64,000 nt of DNA from Candidatus Bathyarchaeota archaeon. GTDB lineage: Archaea; Thermoproteota; Bathyarchaeia; Bathyarchaeales; Bathycorpusculaceae. Location of the stretch: assembly GCA_963806535.1 (NCBI GenBank), contig CAWDYC010000003.1:192001-256000 (forward strand), given 5' to 3'. Under the pieces are notes generated by a model. It did no database searches. It was not told the DNA's origin and saw nothing but the letters and a program-made list of their open reading frames with translations. Below, in pieces: positions 1 to 10,565 of this stretch. The translations under genes and the position numbers were made by a program. The number at the start of each line of letters is the position of its first letter. Positions within the stretch are counted from its first letter, which is position 1.

Positions 1-1
1 A

Positions 2-67
2 TACCGCAGCAGAGGAGAATTTGTAGCGGAAGCGGTGAGAGACAAGCTAATCCAAGTTAAAAAATAA
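2..67 (+). CDS. C-terminal end of a probable ribbon-helix-helix (CopG-like) protein, cut by the window edge
   Basis: Manual translation YRSRGEFVAEAVRDKLIQVKK* resembles helix 2 of archaeal RHH proteins; lies inside the putative integrated element. Confidence 0.5.
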   Translation, partial: YRSRGEFVAEAVRDKLIQVKK

Positions 68-331
68 TTAACCTAAACGACCTTACAGACTATACATGGC
101 TTTTAAACGCCGTAAAAGATACTAAAACAAAATTGGTCCTTAAAGAGCAAAATCAGCCGATTGCACTTTTGTACCTTTAGGCAAAAAAGCGGTGTGCTCC
201 TGTACGGTGTTCGATCACCGTAAACAAAATCTGCGTTCCCTCAGCGTCTAATCTTATTCAATTGCGATGAACCGAGTGTTTAGTCAAAATACTTACCCTA
301 AAGTCTTATATTAAGAAAGCACAACTAAAAA

Positions 332-892
332 TTGATGAGCCTACCTACACTTGATCCAGCAGAGTTTGAAACTCTACGATCCACTTTAGTAAGCACTTAC
401 AACTCACAAACTACCGCTCATGTAGGATATATAATAGCTTTTGCCATAGGCATCGCAGCCATTCTTTACCAAATTGACTTTAAGACTTTCTTTAAAGACT
501 ACCCATCAAAAAAGCAGCGTTATCCTTTATTTTATGTTCCATTAAGTGGTCTAATTGGAGGAATCGTCTTCCTTTTTTACCGCGTAATTTTCTGGGCTTA
601 TATGAGTACGTATGTCTTACGTGTACCCGCTACACAAGTTGCAGCATTGCTTGCTGCGTATGCAAGTGATCCAACTGTCACTGAGATTTATGCGATTCAA
701 CTTAGCTGCACTCAAAAATTTGTTGGAACGCACAGTTTAGCCAGCACTTTTTACTCTTTTGCAAGTAATTCTCTTTTAGATTCTACGTTATTATTTTTGG
801 GGTTTTCCATCATTGCGTTCTTAATAACTTTGCTATTAGACTACATTTTGTACAAAAAGAAAGATACACCCGTTAAGAAGAACAACAACTAA
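332..892 (+). CDS. Hypothetical membrane protein (element cargo)
   Basis: 186-aa ORF with about three hydrophobic segments; no family recognised. Confidence 0.7.
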   Translation: MMSLPTLDPAEFETLRSTLVSTYNSQTTAHVGYIIAFAIGIAAILYQIDFKTFFKDYPSKKQRYPLFYVPLSGLIGGIVFLFYRVIFWAYMSTYVLRVPATQVAALLAAYASDPTVTEIYAIQLSCTQKFVGTHSLASTFYSFASNSLLDSTLLFLGFSIIAFLITLLLDYILYKKKDTPVKKNNN

Positions 893-977
893 ACTCTAAG
901 TTCATTTGACGACTACTGCCCAGTTATATTCATATGGATACGATTCTGCGGGTTAAGGCCGCCAAGCGAAAAACGTT

Positions 978-1861
978 TCAGTTTACTCCATTTTCCATTG
1001 TAGCTAAAGCACTCAAGGTTCGGTCCCTAAGCTCTTTGAACGATGGGCTCCAGTAATGGCGTATAAATATGGACGGTGGTATTCTGCCTTGCAACAAATC
1101 CACCTCTTCTTTTATCAGACCGTTTCTAACCATGAATGTGCCAAAGCTGTCTCTAAGTTCATTTATTCTACACCGCATTTTTTTTCGTTGCAACCGTTTG
1201 AGTATTGCATTGTAACCGACTGGTTGGCTTTTTGCAATCTCATCAATTAGGTTTTTTGGCACAATCGATATGTACACATTCTTCGTACCGCGTAAGAACA
1301 GCTTTTTGAATTGAAAGTGCTCCAAAAGCCCATCAGTATTAAGGTAGCAGTCTAACTTGCCTTCTTTTGACAACTCGATTATTTTGTTAAACGAATTTAC
1401 AGCCTCTTCCTTACGCAAACCACTTAGACGCAAATATTCTAAAAGCACCTTTTCCTCAGGTTTAAGCAAAGGCTGTACAGCAGATACCACTCCCATAAAT
1501 CACTATTATGGTTATTGTACAATCGACTGAAAGAGGAGAAGGCATCCCGCTTACGCCACTTAATCCCATAACTTTTTAGAGCTGCCCTGAACTCCTCATG
1601 AAAACCAAGATACTTACAAAGCGCAATCAAAGACTTAATTGAATTATCCCTTAATGACTCTGGAATTGCATCGATATCCCTGAGATTGCCGTATAAAATG
1701 TGATTGTACTTTTTCGTATAGGTCATGATGGTGTGAGCATAGGACTTTGCATATTTTTTGAAAACCCACACCTTAAATTCTGCCCAGTCAAGGTCGCGTA
1801 TGCCTGCTTCGAGGAGCGCTTTACACGCCAAAGGTCGCCGGTTCAACTCCGGCTCGGCCAA
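978..1861 (-). CDS. int: SSV-type archaeal tyrosine integrase, int(C) part; frameshifted near 1495
   Basis: ORFs 1439-1861 and 978-1496 join. Catalytic-type motifs SGLRKEEA, RGTK, ELRD, LLQGR, FIRHYW. The N-terminus (AEPELNRRPLACK) is the antisense reading of a tRNA 3' half. Confidence 0.85.
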
Positions 1862-1867
1862 CCACCA
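1818..1867 (+). repeat. att site: 3' half of tRNA-Val(TAC), not an intact tRNA
   Basis: GC-TTTACAC-GCCAA-AGGTC-GCCGG-TTCAACT-CCGGC-TCGGCCAACCA: anticodon loop, T-arm and acceptor 3' strand present; 5' anticodon strand, D-arm and 5' acceptor strand absent. Confidence 0.85.
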
Positions 1868-1909
1868 TTCCTGCTAAAGGCTGAATCAAGAAGGTTTAGG
1901 AAAAGACTA

Positions 1910-3505
1910 TTATCTAATGATCTTTGCTTTCTTGGCTCTTATCAATAGTTCAAACCCAACGGCAGCAACTACCACAACCACAATAGCAACTGCTATTTCA
2001 AAGTCTGCTTGTGGCCAACTTGAGTCTGCATGATTTTGACTTTTTAAAGCTACAGCGAAAGGTGAGGGAGTAGCAGTGCTAAATGGACTTGATGTTTCTG
2101 TTGGGGCAGGTGTTGGATTTGGAGATTGATTAATGTTGGAGTTTTGATATGGCGTTGGAGTTGGATTTGTGTTTGGGTTTGATGAAGGCGAGGGAGTTGG
2201 TGATGGCGTAACGATAGGGGTTGGGCTAGTTTTTGGAGTAGGCGTTGGAGTTGTGGTTGGAATTGGGGATGGTGTTGCAGTCGATTTTGGTGTTGGTACT
2301 GGGGTAGGTGAGGCAGTGGGAGTTGGCGTTGGGAAGGAAATGTAATTTGGAACTATCGGAGCGGTTGGGTCTGGCGCAGTTAGGAAAGGCACAAAAGTTA
2401 CTTGGTTTGAGATTATTTGGGCGATGGTTTGTTGATCAGTTGTTCCCCACCAATTAGAAGCCATATTTACGTTTAAAGAATATTGATAGTTTTTGACAAT
2501 GTTATTGTTGGTTATGGAGACTGGTCCATATTTGCCTAGGGTGTTCAATCCGACAGTGTTATTGATGATTGTGTTGTGTTGAATAGTTGCTGAGACTGGA
2601 GACATAGGTCCCGTGAACAAAATGCCGATGTTGTTACCAATGATGAGATTTCTTTCGATTGTTGTTGTTCCATCATATAGGTTAATGGCTGTTTTGCATC
2701 CGAATATGGTGTTGTCTGCTATGTAGGTGTTGCTTCCTGAAGCCAAGATTCCTGTGCCTAGATAGTAGCTTAATGTTATTCCTTGTTCGATGGTGTTATT
2801 CTCGATTACAGGTGTGCTTGTAAGAAAACCTGAGCCAAGTATTCCACCGATGATGTAGTTGTTGATTATGGTTGGTGAAGCATCATTTACTGTTTCAATA
2901 TCTCCGGATAAAGTGTTGCTTGCGATTATCGGCGAGCCACTGGTTACTGTAATTGCGTTGCCATCATCCGCGTTATAAGAGGGAGTGATGGTGCAATTGC
3001 TTATTTTGGGCGAGGCGCTACTTGTGGATATAGAGACGGAATGAAGAATTGAGTTTTCAATTATGCAGCCCTTACTATTTTGTTCATTCCAGCTTTGGCT
3101 GCCAGCAGTGAAAACGATATTTCCATCGCCTGAGGAAACAAAAACTATTGGGCAGTTGTTTGTTCCTCGTGCATATAGGATGCCGTTTACCTGCAGATTG
3201 TACCCGTTTAAGTTAATGGTTGCGCCCGCTTCGACTGTTAAGGTTGTTCCACTGCTTACAATAACTGGGGAGTTAAGATAATATGGACTGTTACTTTGCG
3301 TCCAAGAGGTATCCACATTTATTAGACCCCCAACATTTGTGCCGTTTTGCGCCAAGGTAAAGGGTATGGCTCCAGCCAAAATTAATGAACAAGAGATTAT
3401 GGCAACTAAACATAGGCTTAAAAGTATTTTATTCAAACCATGTTCTCCTTTTAGCGAATCTTTTGCAAAATCGGGAAGCAAAAATAGATTTACTGATTTG
3501 CCCAT
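1910..3505 (-). CDS. Secreted right-handed beta-helix (pectin-lyase/NosD-like) surface protein with Pro/Thr linker and C-terminal TM anchor
   Basis: Signal peptide, IxxNxI repeats, NWWGT motif, (PT)n tract, hydrophobic tail followed by basic residues. Confidence 0.8.
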   Translation of the reverse strand: MGKSVNLFLLPDFAKDSLKGEHGLNKILLSLCLVAIISCSLILAGAIPFTLAQNGTNVGGLINVDTSWTQSNSPYYLNSPVIVSSGTTLTVEAGATINLNGYNLQVNGILYARGTNNCPIVFVSSGDGNIVFTAGSQSWNEQNSKGCIIENSILHSVSISTSSASPKISNCTITPSYNADDGNAITVTSGSPIIASNTLSGDIETVNDASPTIINNYIIGGILGSGFLTSTPVIENNTIEQGITLSYYLGTGILASGSNTYIADNTIFGCKTAINLYDGTTTIERNLIIGNNIGILFTGPMSPVSATIQHNTIINNTVGLNTLGKYGPVSITNNNIVKNYQYSLNVNMASNWWGTTDQQTIAQIISNQVTFVPFLTAPDPTAPIVPNYISFPTPTPTASPTPVPTPKSTATPSPIPTTTPTPTPKTSPTPIVTPSPTPSPSSNPNTNPTPTPYQNSNINQSPNPTPAPTETSSPFSTATPSPFAVALKSQNHADSSWPQADFEIAVAIVVVVVAAVGFELLIRAKKAKIIR

Positions 3506-3555
3506 TCTGTTTTCCTCACAAAACTTTCTATTTTTTTTGAATTAAAAGCATTCTC

Positions 3556-3595
3556 GTCAAGAATTCTTAACGAACAGTAGTCAAACTTTCTTGAC
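3556..3595. promoter_or_regulatory. Tandem palindromic operator pair (GTCAAG-N4-CTTGAC consensus)
   Basis: GTCAAGAATTCTTAAC (3556-3571) and GTCAAACTTTCTTGAC (3580-3595), next to a minus-strand TATA-like TTTTAA; same layout at 10526-10565. Confidence 0.65.
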
Positions 3596-3644
3596 TAAAC
3601 TTTTCTGCTGTTTCTTCCCTGAAAGCTAGAATTAAATGCCTGAA

Positions 3645-3667
3645 GGTTCAACTCCGGCTCGGCCCAC
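3645..3667 (+). repeat. Second, shorter copy of the tRNA-Val 3' end (att remnant)
   Basis: GGTTCAACTCCGGCTCGGCCCAC; its first 20 nt are identical to 1840-1859. Confidence 0.8.
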
Positions 3668-3705
3668 TTCTTTTAGGAAAGTTGATCTTTAAAATACGGT
3701 CTTAG

Positions 3706-4200
3706 TCACATAGGTTTGCCGTCTTTGCAGAAGTATTGCATTGGCTTTGCTTTGGTAAGATTATAGTTCTTGAAAATTTGGCATCCGTTACACATACATG
3801 TCTTGCTAAAATCGAGGTCTTTGCAAACAGAAACGCCGTAAGCACAGTATGGTCCAGGCATATCTTCCGCTTTGGGCGCCATGCCTGCAAATTGATCTTT
3901 GGGAGCATTCTTCATCATTTCATCGCTCATGCTCTGCATCTGCTCTCGTGACATGCCTCTCGCCTGCTCGGGGTTCATATTTTTCAACATTTCTAGGTTC
4001 TTCATCATTCCCGGACTCAGGAACTGCTGCATCATCTTCCCCGGATTCTCTATCATGTCATTTCTAGCAGCTATCTTTGGTTTGGCACATTCGCTACCAG
4101 TTTGAACTGAACAAGTTATGCATTTGCACTGAGTAATCACATCATAGGTTGGCTGAATAATAATTTCTTTCTTTCGACCAAAAAAATCCAAAAAATTCAT
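3706..4200 (-). CDS. DUF2769-like Cys-rich protein with a Met-rich insertion
   Basis: CxCxxC ... YC ... C ... CxCxxC ... YFC pattern. Confidence 0.7.
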   Translation of the reverse strand: MNFLDFFGRKKEIIIQPTYDVITQCKCITCSVQTGSECAKPKIAARNDMIENPGKMMQQFLSPGMMKNLEMLKNMNPEQARGMSREQMQSMSDEMMKNAPKDQFAGMAPKAEDMPGPYCAYGVSVCKDLDFSKTCMCNGCQIFKNYNLTKAKPMQYFCKDGKPM

Positions 4201-4416
4201 CTCCGATCTAACTTGATAGACCTACTTTGAAATTTATTATTATCTCTATTAAATGTTTTGCGATTTTTGGGTGATACAAAGAAGCAGAGACTAAAATTAA
4301 CGAGCCTGCGACGGAATGTTTGATCTAGTATAATTTCAAGAAACCACGATTCTAATTTAATGAACCTCTAGAAGCTTAAAAGGCAATTCTAACAAATAAG
4401 AAAACAGGAGAATTGT

Positions 4417-4764
4417 ATGGATTTAGTTGCATTATTAATACAAATTGTTGTAGGAATAATAGTTATTGCGCCTATACTTTGGCTAGTTGGAAGAGCATTA
4501 GTTGGCAAAGGAAAAGCAAAATTCACAGACGCTATTTGGATAGTTGTTCTTGGAACAATTATTGGTGCTGTAGTAGGGATCTTCGTAGGCAGCTTGGTAT
4601 CAGCGATAATAATGTTTGTTGTTTGGCTGGCTTTAATAAAACACTTTTTCGATTGTGGATGGCTGAAAGCGTTCGTAATAGCAGTAATTTCAGTAATAGT
4701 CTTCATAGTCATAGTCGCTTTATTGGCACTCATCGGCATCGGCATAATAGCACTGGGTTTCTAA
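4417..4764 (+). CDS. Small four-TM membrane protein
   Basis: 115 aa, almost entirely hydrophobic helices. Confidence 0.8.
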   Translation: MDLVALLIQIVVGIIVIAPILWLVGRALVGKGKAKFTDAIWIVVLGTIIGAVVGIFVGSLVSAIIMFVVWLALIKHFFDCGWLKAFVIAVISVIVFIVIVALLALIGIGIIALGF

Positions 4765-4943
4765 GCAAATATCCCTTTTATTTTTTCCTCAAATTAACTC
4801 GGGCTTGGCCCATATTATCGACCCAAGTCCAAAGCGGTCTGAGCCTCATGGAACCTAACAGAAAAGAAGAGGGCTGAGATTATCAGGTCTCTCAAATTGA
4901 GGTTTGTGCACTTGCTTTACAAAAAAATTGGGGAAATTACCTT

Positions 4944-6456
4944 TTATTTGGTTTGGTTCCAATAATTGACATGTTGGTATCGTCCTGCTGTCGGGTATGT
5001 TGGGTCATCGTAAATTATATCTAGTTTTGACCCGTATTTGGCAAGAGACTCTTGCAGGGCATTCCAAACCTGATGCGAAGAGTTGTCGGGTTGCCATAAA
5101 CCCCAAATGTGATCGTTTGGATTTCGCATGCCCCAACCATATTCTTGAGGCAATACCAAAGCGTCTTGGGCTTTTGCATTGTTGGTTTCTTTAGGGTTCT
5201 GCACCACGTCAGTCCAGAACTTCTGGAGAGCCGCAAAGTGCGCTTCTTGTAAAAGCCCAATACCAGTACTATTGGGAGAGTAGTTGAAGATTACAACGTA
5301 TTCGGCGCCGCTTTCGTATGTTTGGCGCATTTCATTGTACATTTGGTTACCGCTTTGCAAGTAAGGTGGCGCCATGCTCTCCCACGTTATCATTGTACCC
5401 CAACTTTTGTTCTGCATGTCCGCTGCTCCTCTTACTAATGCAATGTCCTGGGTGACTGATTGGTTCCATCCAAGCTGGCCGAGTACAACGTCGTAGCCGC
5501 CTTGGTAGTCAAACCATTCGAGAGCATAATCTGAAGTGAAGAGCTTAACGGCTGATTGATTGCCAATTGAACCTAAAGTGGTTTGCTCGTAGCTTACAAA
5601 GCTGTTTGCCGCCTCAGCATACGTTTGTATTGGTCTTGAATCCCAGACTTCTTGATAGGGTTCAAACTGAGAAATATTTCCCTCATCGGTTACCAAAGTG
5701 CCGTTTTGGTCTTGTACGATGCCGTTCGGCTGGTATACAAATGGTCCCTTACCCACGGATCCAGTGAGCTACGTGGTAAGTAATGGTGCCGTTTGGATAA
5801 TAAATAGTCGTAAAAAACTGTGGAGTATAGGGAACCGTTATAGTAGCATTCGTACCTGCGACGATACCGGTGCTTGGAATATTGACGACTGTATTGTAGT
5901 TAATGGTTATTTGTCCTGAAGGAGAAAAGGTTTCTGATGTAGAGTTAGAGATGCCGTGCACTTCGTTTACTAAAAGGGATCCATCTGAATCTTTAATAAT
6001 CGCCTTTGTCCCGTTGTCGATAAGATGTACTTGTCCATCAATCATTTTCCCGCCAAGTTCATCACAGTAATATAACCCCAAAAAATGACCGCCCCAACGG
6101 GCTTGAGAAACGCTAAGCAAAGAATCACAAACCTTTTCATCGCCATTTGCACCGTAATAGACAATAATATTTAACCCAGAATTAACAGCATAATCACATA
6201 TTTGCTCTGTTGCATTGAGGTTTTGTATCAGGTCACCCGAGTCCAAAACAAACAAGTTGGTGTAATTCTTGACTCTATCAATTAGTTGGTTTGCTTCGGT
6301 GGTTGAATTTCCGCAGTAGGTGACGCCGACGTAAAACGGCTTCTTGCTCGCCACAGGAGCGGTTGAGGAGCCGTAAATTTCTAGGGTGGCAAACGCTGAT
6401 ACGACAATAACAAGGATTATGACCAGCGACAAAACTGTTGCCCAGCGTTTTTTCAT
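4944..6456 (-). CDS. Secreted hypothetical protein, possibly a glycoside-hydrolase-like barrel; frameshifted near 5755
   Basis: ORF 5749-6504 (probable start MKKRW at 6456, N-terminal TM, GLYYCDE motif) overlaps and continues in ORF 4944-5756. Confidence 0.65.
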
Positions 6457-6593
6457 CCTTACGCCTCGATCCATTGCAAATCTGTCCCTTGAGTATCTTG
6501 CCATTGCGAATGAGGCTTATTGCTCTCCTTAAAGAACAAAAGTTTTCCTCCAAAAGAACAGACAAAAGTTATCGGTGCTTGGCTAAACATGGG

Positions 6594-7766
6594 TTAACCA
6601 ACGCACCAGCCAAATCGTTTCACGTCAAGTGGCGAAACTTTCTCTTCTATCATCAGGTCACGCAGGCAAACTGGGTCAGTTTCCAAGAAGTCTCCTGTGC
6701 ACGCATACGCTCTGCCTCGGCATCCCCCGCATGTTTCTCGGTACTCGCAGGTTCCGCATTTGCCTTTCAAGACGCTTCTTTGCCTGAGCATATTGAGCGT
6801 TTTTGAGTTGTACCAAATATCTGTTAGGCTTTGCTCTCGGATATTTCCGACTTTTATAGGCAGAAAAGTGCAGGGGTAGATGTCTCCATTTGGACGCAGG
6901 CTAAAATAGAATATCCCAGCGTGGCATCCGACTGCGTTATGTATCCAGAACTCTTTAATCAGCAAATCCTTCGGTTTAGAGTCGTGTGCTTTGTGCATTT
7001 CCATGGCGATTTCAGGGTATAGCGGTAGCCCGCCTGACATGGTAAAGACCATTTCTGACTCTTCCTGCTTCGCCTGCAGGTATCGTATTAAGTTGATTCG
7101 CTGCTTCATTGTCATTGCTTGATCCATCACATCGTGTCCTCGCCCCACAGGAACCAGATCGTAGACGGCAACTTCATCCACGCCCAAGCTGTCCAGAAAC
7201 TCTATTCGCTTAGGTATCTCGTCGCAAGTGTCTTTCAGCGCCATCGTAGTAACAATAACTTCCAAGTCCATATCAAGGCACGCTTTGATTGCCGCTACGC
7301 CTCTTTTGAAACTGCCCGGTACGTTTCTGAGGTAATCGTGTTTTTCAGGGTAAACCGAGTCGATTGGTATTCCTACGGCTTTAATTCCTGCATCCCGAAG
7401 TTCCAAGGCTACTTTGTGAGTCATTAACAAGCCGTTTGAAAGCATAGCGGTTATGATTCCTCTGTCGTCGCAGTACTGGGCAAGCGTTGTCACGAACTCT
7501 TTTCGCAGAAGAGGCTCGCCTCCGCTGAAAATCATTGCTTCAGTTCCCAGCGCCTTCATCTCATCAATGACGCGCATTGCTTCATTGAGGTTAAGCTCAT
7601 CAGGCATAGCTTCCCGAGCTGAAACGTGACAGTGGAGGCAACGCAAGTTACAGGCTTTGGTTACAGCGTAGGAGACAATAAGCGGGGTGTTTTGGGTTCC
7701 TTCCAAACCCTTGCCTAAGAGTTTCTGCCTAAGCATTAACTCAAGCATTTTAAGTCCAGTTCCCAC
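6594..7766 (-). CDS. Radical SAM protein with SPASM domain (PqqE/NirJ/Ahb-like)
   Basis: CNLRCLHC, SGGEPLL, CHAG...YPC, CGTCEYRETCGGCRGRA...C. Confidence 0.9.
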   Translation of the reverse strand: MGTGLKMLELMLRQKLLGKGLEGTQNTPLIVSYAVTKACNLRCLHCHVSAREAMPDELNLNEAMRVIDEMKALGTEAMIFSGGEPLLRKEFVTTLAQYCDDRGIITAMLSNGLLMTHKVALELRDAGIKAVGIPIDSVYPEKHDYLRNVPGSFKRGVAAIKACLDMDLEVIVTTMALKDTCDEIPKRIEFLDSLGVDEVAVYDLVPVGRGHDVMDQAMTMKQRINLIRYLQAKQEESEMVFTMSGGLPLYPEIAMEMHKAHDSKPKDLLIKEFWIHNAVGCHAGIFYFSLRPNGDIYPCTFLPIKVGNIREQSLTDIWYNSKTLNMLRQRSVLKGKCGTCEYRETCGGCRGRAYACTGDFLETDPVCLRDLMIEEKVSPLDVKRFGWCVG

Positions 7767-7788
7767 ATTACCCCCGCCTGTTTTTTGC

Positions 7789-8772
7789 TTAAGCCTTGTT
7801 TAGATTTTGAGGTCGAATGAGCCAAAGTTGGATTAGTCTGCGTAGCAACCATGCAACTGCAAAGACAACTGAGACCGCAATTATTACAATCATCATGTTA
7901 GATCCAATGTCAAAGTCTGCAGTGGTAACTTTTGGCGGCGACAGGTCAGTTAAGGTAATATCTTGAATTGTCGAGTATCCATCATGCCCAATGTAGTATT
8001 CTGTTCCATTTTCTATATTGCCCTGCGGATTTTGCACTCCATGAAGCACGTCAACGCTTTGTTCATAACCGTTAACGTAGAGGTGTATGCCTGTGGAAGT
8101 ACGGGCAAACTCAACCTCAACCCACTGATTTAACGGAACCGGCTGAGTAGTCACTATCTCGTTGAAGCCTCCGCTGTCAGTTAACACGAAACCGCTAAGT
8201 GCACCTTGAACGTAGCTTTCGCCGCTTGCAGGTACACCAGCTCTTATGGCTAATCCGAGGTCTCTTACGGTGTTTTGCCAATCAGCTGCTTGATCTGGAT
8301 GGTCGCATTTAACGAGAATGTTATTGTAGGTTGCGTTTTTGTATCCTGGAACGTTAATCCATGCGGTAATGTCAACGTATTTTTGGATGTCAAGGTTTGT
8401 TGAGACTGGAATGTAAATTGGCTGTGGTGTTGGCGGGAAGCCGACTATGAATTTTATGGGGATATACACAAAGTTGGTTCCGTTAAACTCCATTGCTTTT
8501 CCAAATTTGCCGTCTACTAACGTAGGATTGTATTCTACAATGCCTGGATTGACGCCTGTTTTGTCAGGGGTTATCACGTTGGAGCCGCTTGGTTGAAACT
8601 CGCTTAGCGACCAGCTACCGACTACGGTTCCGCTGCTTTGTGCTCTTACGTTCGTCAATAGGATTGTGCTAAGTATAGTTGCCGTGAGTAAAAATATAAT
8701 TAACATTTTTACACTGCTGTTGTTAACGTTCACAATTTTCATTTCTATCGCCCAAACAACCAAATTATGCAA
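7789..8772 (-). CDS. Secreted LamG/concanavalin-A-like domain protein with C-terminal TM
   Basis: Signal peptide; GKFGKAMEFNG, ITAWI, VPLNQW, LYVNG motifs. Confidence 0.75.
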   Translation of the reverse strand: MHNLVVWAIEMKIVNVNNSSVKMLIIFLLTATILSTILLTNVRAQSSGTVVGSWSLSEFQPSGSNVITPDKTGVNPGIVEYNPTLVDGKFGKAMEFNGTNFVYIPIKFIVGFPPTPQPIYIPVSTNLDIQKYVDITAWINVPGYKNATYNNILVKCDHPDQAADWQNTVRDLGLAIRAGVPASGESYVQGALSGFVLTDSGGFNEIVTTQPVPLNQWVEVEFARTSTGIHLYVNGYEQSVDVLHGVQNPQGNIENGTEYYIGHDGYSTIQDITLTDLSPPKVTTADFDIGSNMMIVIIAVSVVFAVAWLLRRLIQLWLIRPQNLNKA

Positions 8773-8926
8773 GCGGCTTATTACTCTCCCTAAAGAACAG
8801 ATTGTTCTTTTAGGAGAACACTAATTTGTAGTTTTGAGAAAGTTAACTTGAAAAAGAAAAGATAAGTTCGGCTCAGCCGCTTTTTAATTCGTGTTATCGT
8901 GCCAAGTTCTTTGACGGGCCTTTGTC

Positions 8927-10435
8927 TTATTCGTCTTTTATAATTACGATTTTGAGCACTACGATAAATATTGTTACAGTGATTAAGGCAGCTATTACTC
9001 CGTATATTACTTGAATCCAACTTGATTGCTCCAGAGTCTGGCTGTATTGAGCTATGGGGCTTGCGGAAGGAGGATTCGGGGTCTGTGATGTTGGCATCGT
9101 TTCGCCGCTTGCAGGGTTAACTATAACAGAGTTAACAGTAATGTTGTTTGTTTGTGTGGCTCTAGTTTTTGTTGAGTTTGGGTAAGGAGCTGGCGTTGGT
9201 GTTGGACTTGGGGAAACTGAGGGAGTTGGCATAGGGGATTGGTGAAGTGCGGTGTAGGAGCTGGAGAGACGCCTGAGGAAGCGAACGCATACAGTGAAAA
9301 GTTAAAGTTGCCTATGTAGACCATGCCGTTGGAAATTGATGGAGAAGCCCAATCAATAAGTCCAGTTGTGTTGTAACTCCATAGTTTTGTACCGTCTGCT
9401 GCGTTCTAAAGCGTACAAATAATCATCTCTTGATCCAAAGTAAACTACGCCGTTAGAGATTGTAGGGGAAGACGATACATCATCGCCAGTTCGGTAACTC
9501 CACAGTTTGTTTCCATTAGCGGCGTTTAGAGCATACACATTCTGGTCATACGTTCCCACGTAGATTACACCGTCAGCGACGGCAGGTGACGAATCTCCTC
9601 CTGTGCCTACTCTGCAACTCCACAATAAAGCTCCGGTTGAAGCATTAAGAGCATAAAATAAGCTGCTTAATGAACTAACGTAGACTACATTGTTCACAAC
9701 AGCTACTGATGCGTAAACATAGTTGTGTGTTGAGAAAAACCACAGAACATTTCCTGTTGAAGCGTTCAAAGCATAAACGTTTCCATCAGCCGAACCTTCA
9801 TACACTACACCAGCAACCAAGGTAGGGGACGATTGCACAACTTGTCCTGTTTGATAACTCCATAATTTGCTTCCATCAGTTGCGTTCAAAGCGTAAATGC
9901 TGTAATCATTTGAACCAATGTAGACTACGCCATCGGCAACAGCGGGGGACGAACGAACACGATTCCCTGTCTGATAACTCCAAAACATCTGCCCTGAACT
10001 TGAATTGAAAGCGTAAACTTTGCCATCGTCAGAACCCACATAGACTACGCCATCTAAAACTGTGGGGGATGAAAAAATTGGGCCGCCAGTGTGATTGGTC
10101 CACAATATTGCTCCTGAAGTAGCGTTTAAAGCAAAAAAATCACCATTTTCTTGACCAATGTAAAGGGTGCCATTAACAATGGCTGGAGTGGAGTCAATTG
10201 CATTTGTTGTGTTGAATATCCATTGTGGCTGACCCATATTTGGGCCTGGTGAGGTTGTGTAACCTGAATGTCCTAAATCGTTGCGGAACATGGGCCAAGA
10301 GTTGGAATCGCAACTACTAGTGTAACCGCTCTGGGTATCTCCAAACGCTGTTTTGAAATTATCAGCAAAAGCAGAACATAACAGGCATATCAAAAGCAAA
10401 ACCAAAAACGAGACAGATACTAACTTACTTTTCAT
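8927..10435 (-). CDS. PQQ-like (BamB-type) beta-propeller repeat protein with Pro/Thr linker and TM anchor; frameshifts at about 9230-9400
   Basis: Repeats SSPAVADGVVYxGSxDxxxYALNAxxGxxLW; ORFs 9121-9324 and 8927-9232 supply the last repeat, linker and anchor. Confidence 0.8.
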
Positions 10436-10525
10436 TTAATCTTCTCCAAAAGTTTTCAAAATGTAACAGGCTTCCATCTGTTTTCCCTAATGTTTTCTAA
10501 ATTGTTTTACTGTAAAAGCGTTCTC

Positions 10526-10565
10526 GTCAAGGTTTCTTGACTGAGTTTAGTCAAAGTTTCTTTAC
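10526..10565. promoter_or_regulatory. Tandem palindromic operator pair in a divergent promoter
   Basis: Perfect GTCAAG-GTTT-CTTGAC (10526-10541) and GTCAAAGTTTCTTTAC (10550-10565); 24-bp period as at 3556/3580. Confidence 0.7.

Larger units (their letters stand above)
1..1867. mobile_element. Right end of an element integrated at tRNA-Val (continues left of the window)
   Basis: int(C) reads inward from a tRNA 3'-half att copy; RHH and orphan genes lie inside. Confidence 0.7.

Noticed and set aside
1800-1867. Intact tRNA-Val gene
   Set aside because: No D-arm or 5' acceptor strand, and the anticodon stem does not pair; it is an att fragment.
2040-2340. Low-complexity GTTGG-type repeats as a CRISPR array or DNA repeat
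   Set aside because: They encode the Pro/Thr linker of the surface protein. I saw no repeat-spacer array anywhere in the window.
3628-3643. 16-bp match AGAATTAAATGCCTGA with about 43133-43148
   Set aside because: A single AT-rich match with no shared context; probably chance or generic promoter sequence.
4389-4877. Alternative ORFs 4389-4745(-) and 4413-4877(+), and similar shadow ORFs across the track
   Set aside because: They overlap better-supported genes and show no motifs.
9400-10200. ~120-bp periodic repeats (also 15270-16200)
   Set aside because: Explained by beta-propeller blade repeats in the protein.
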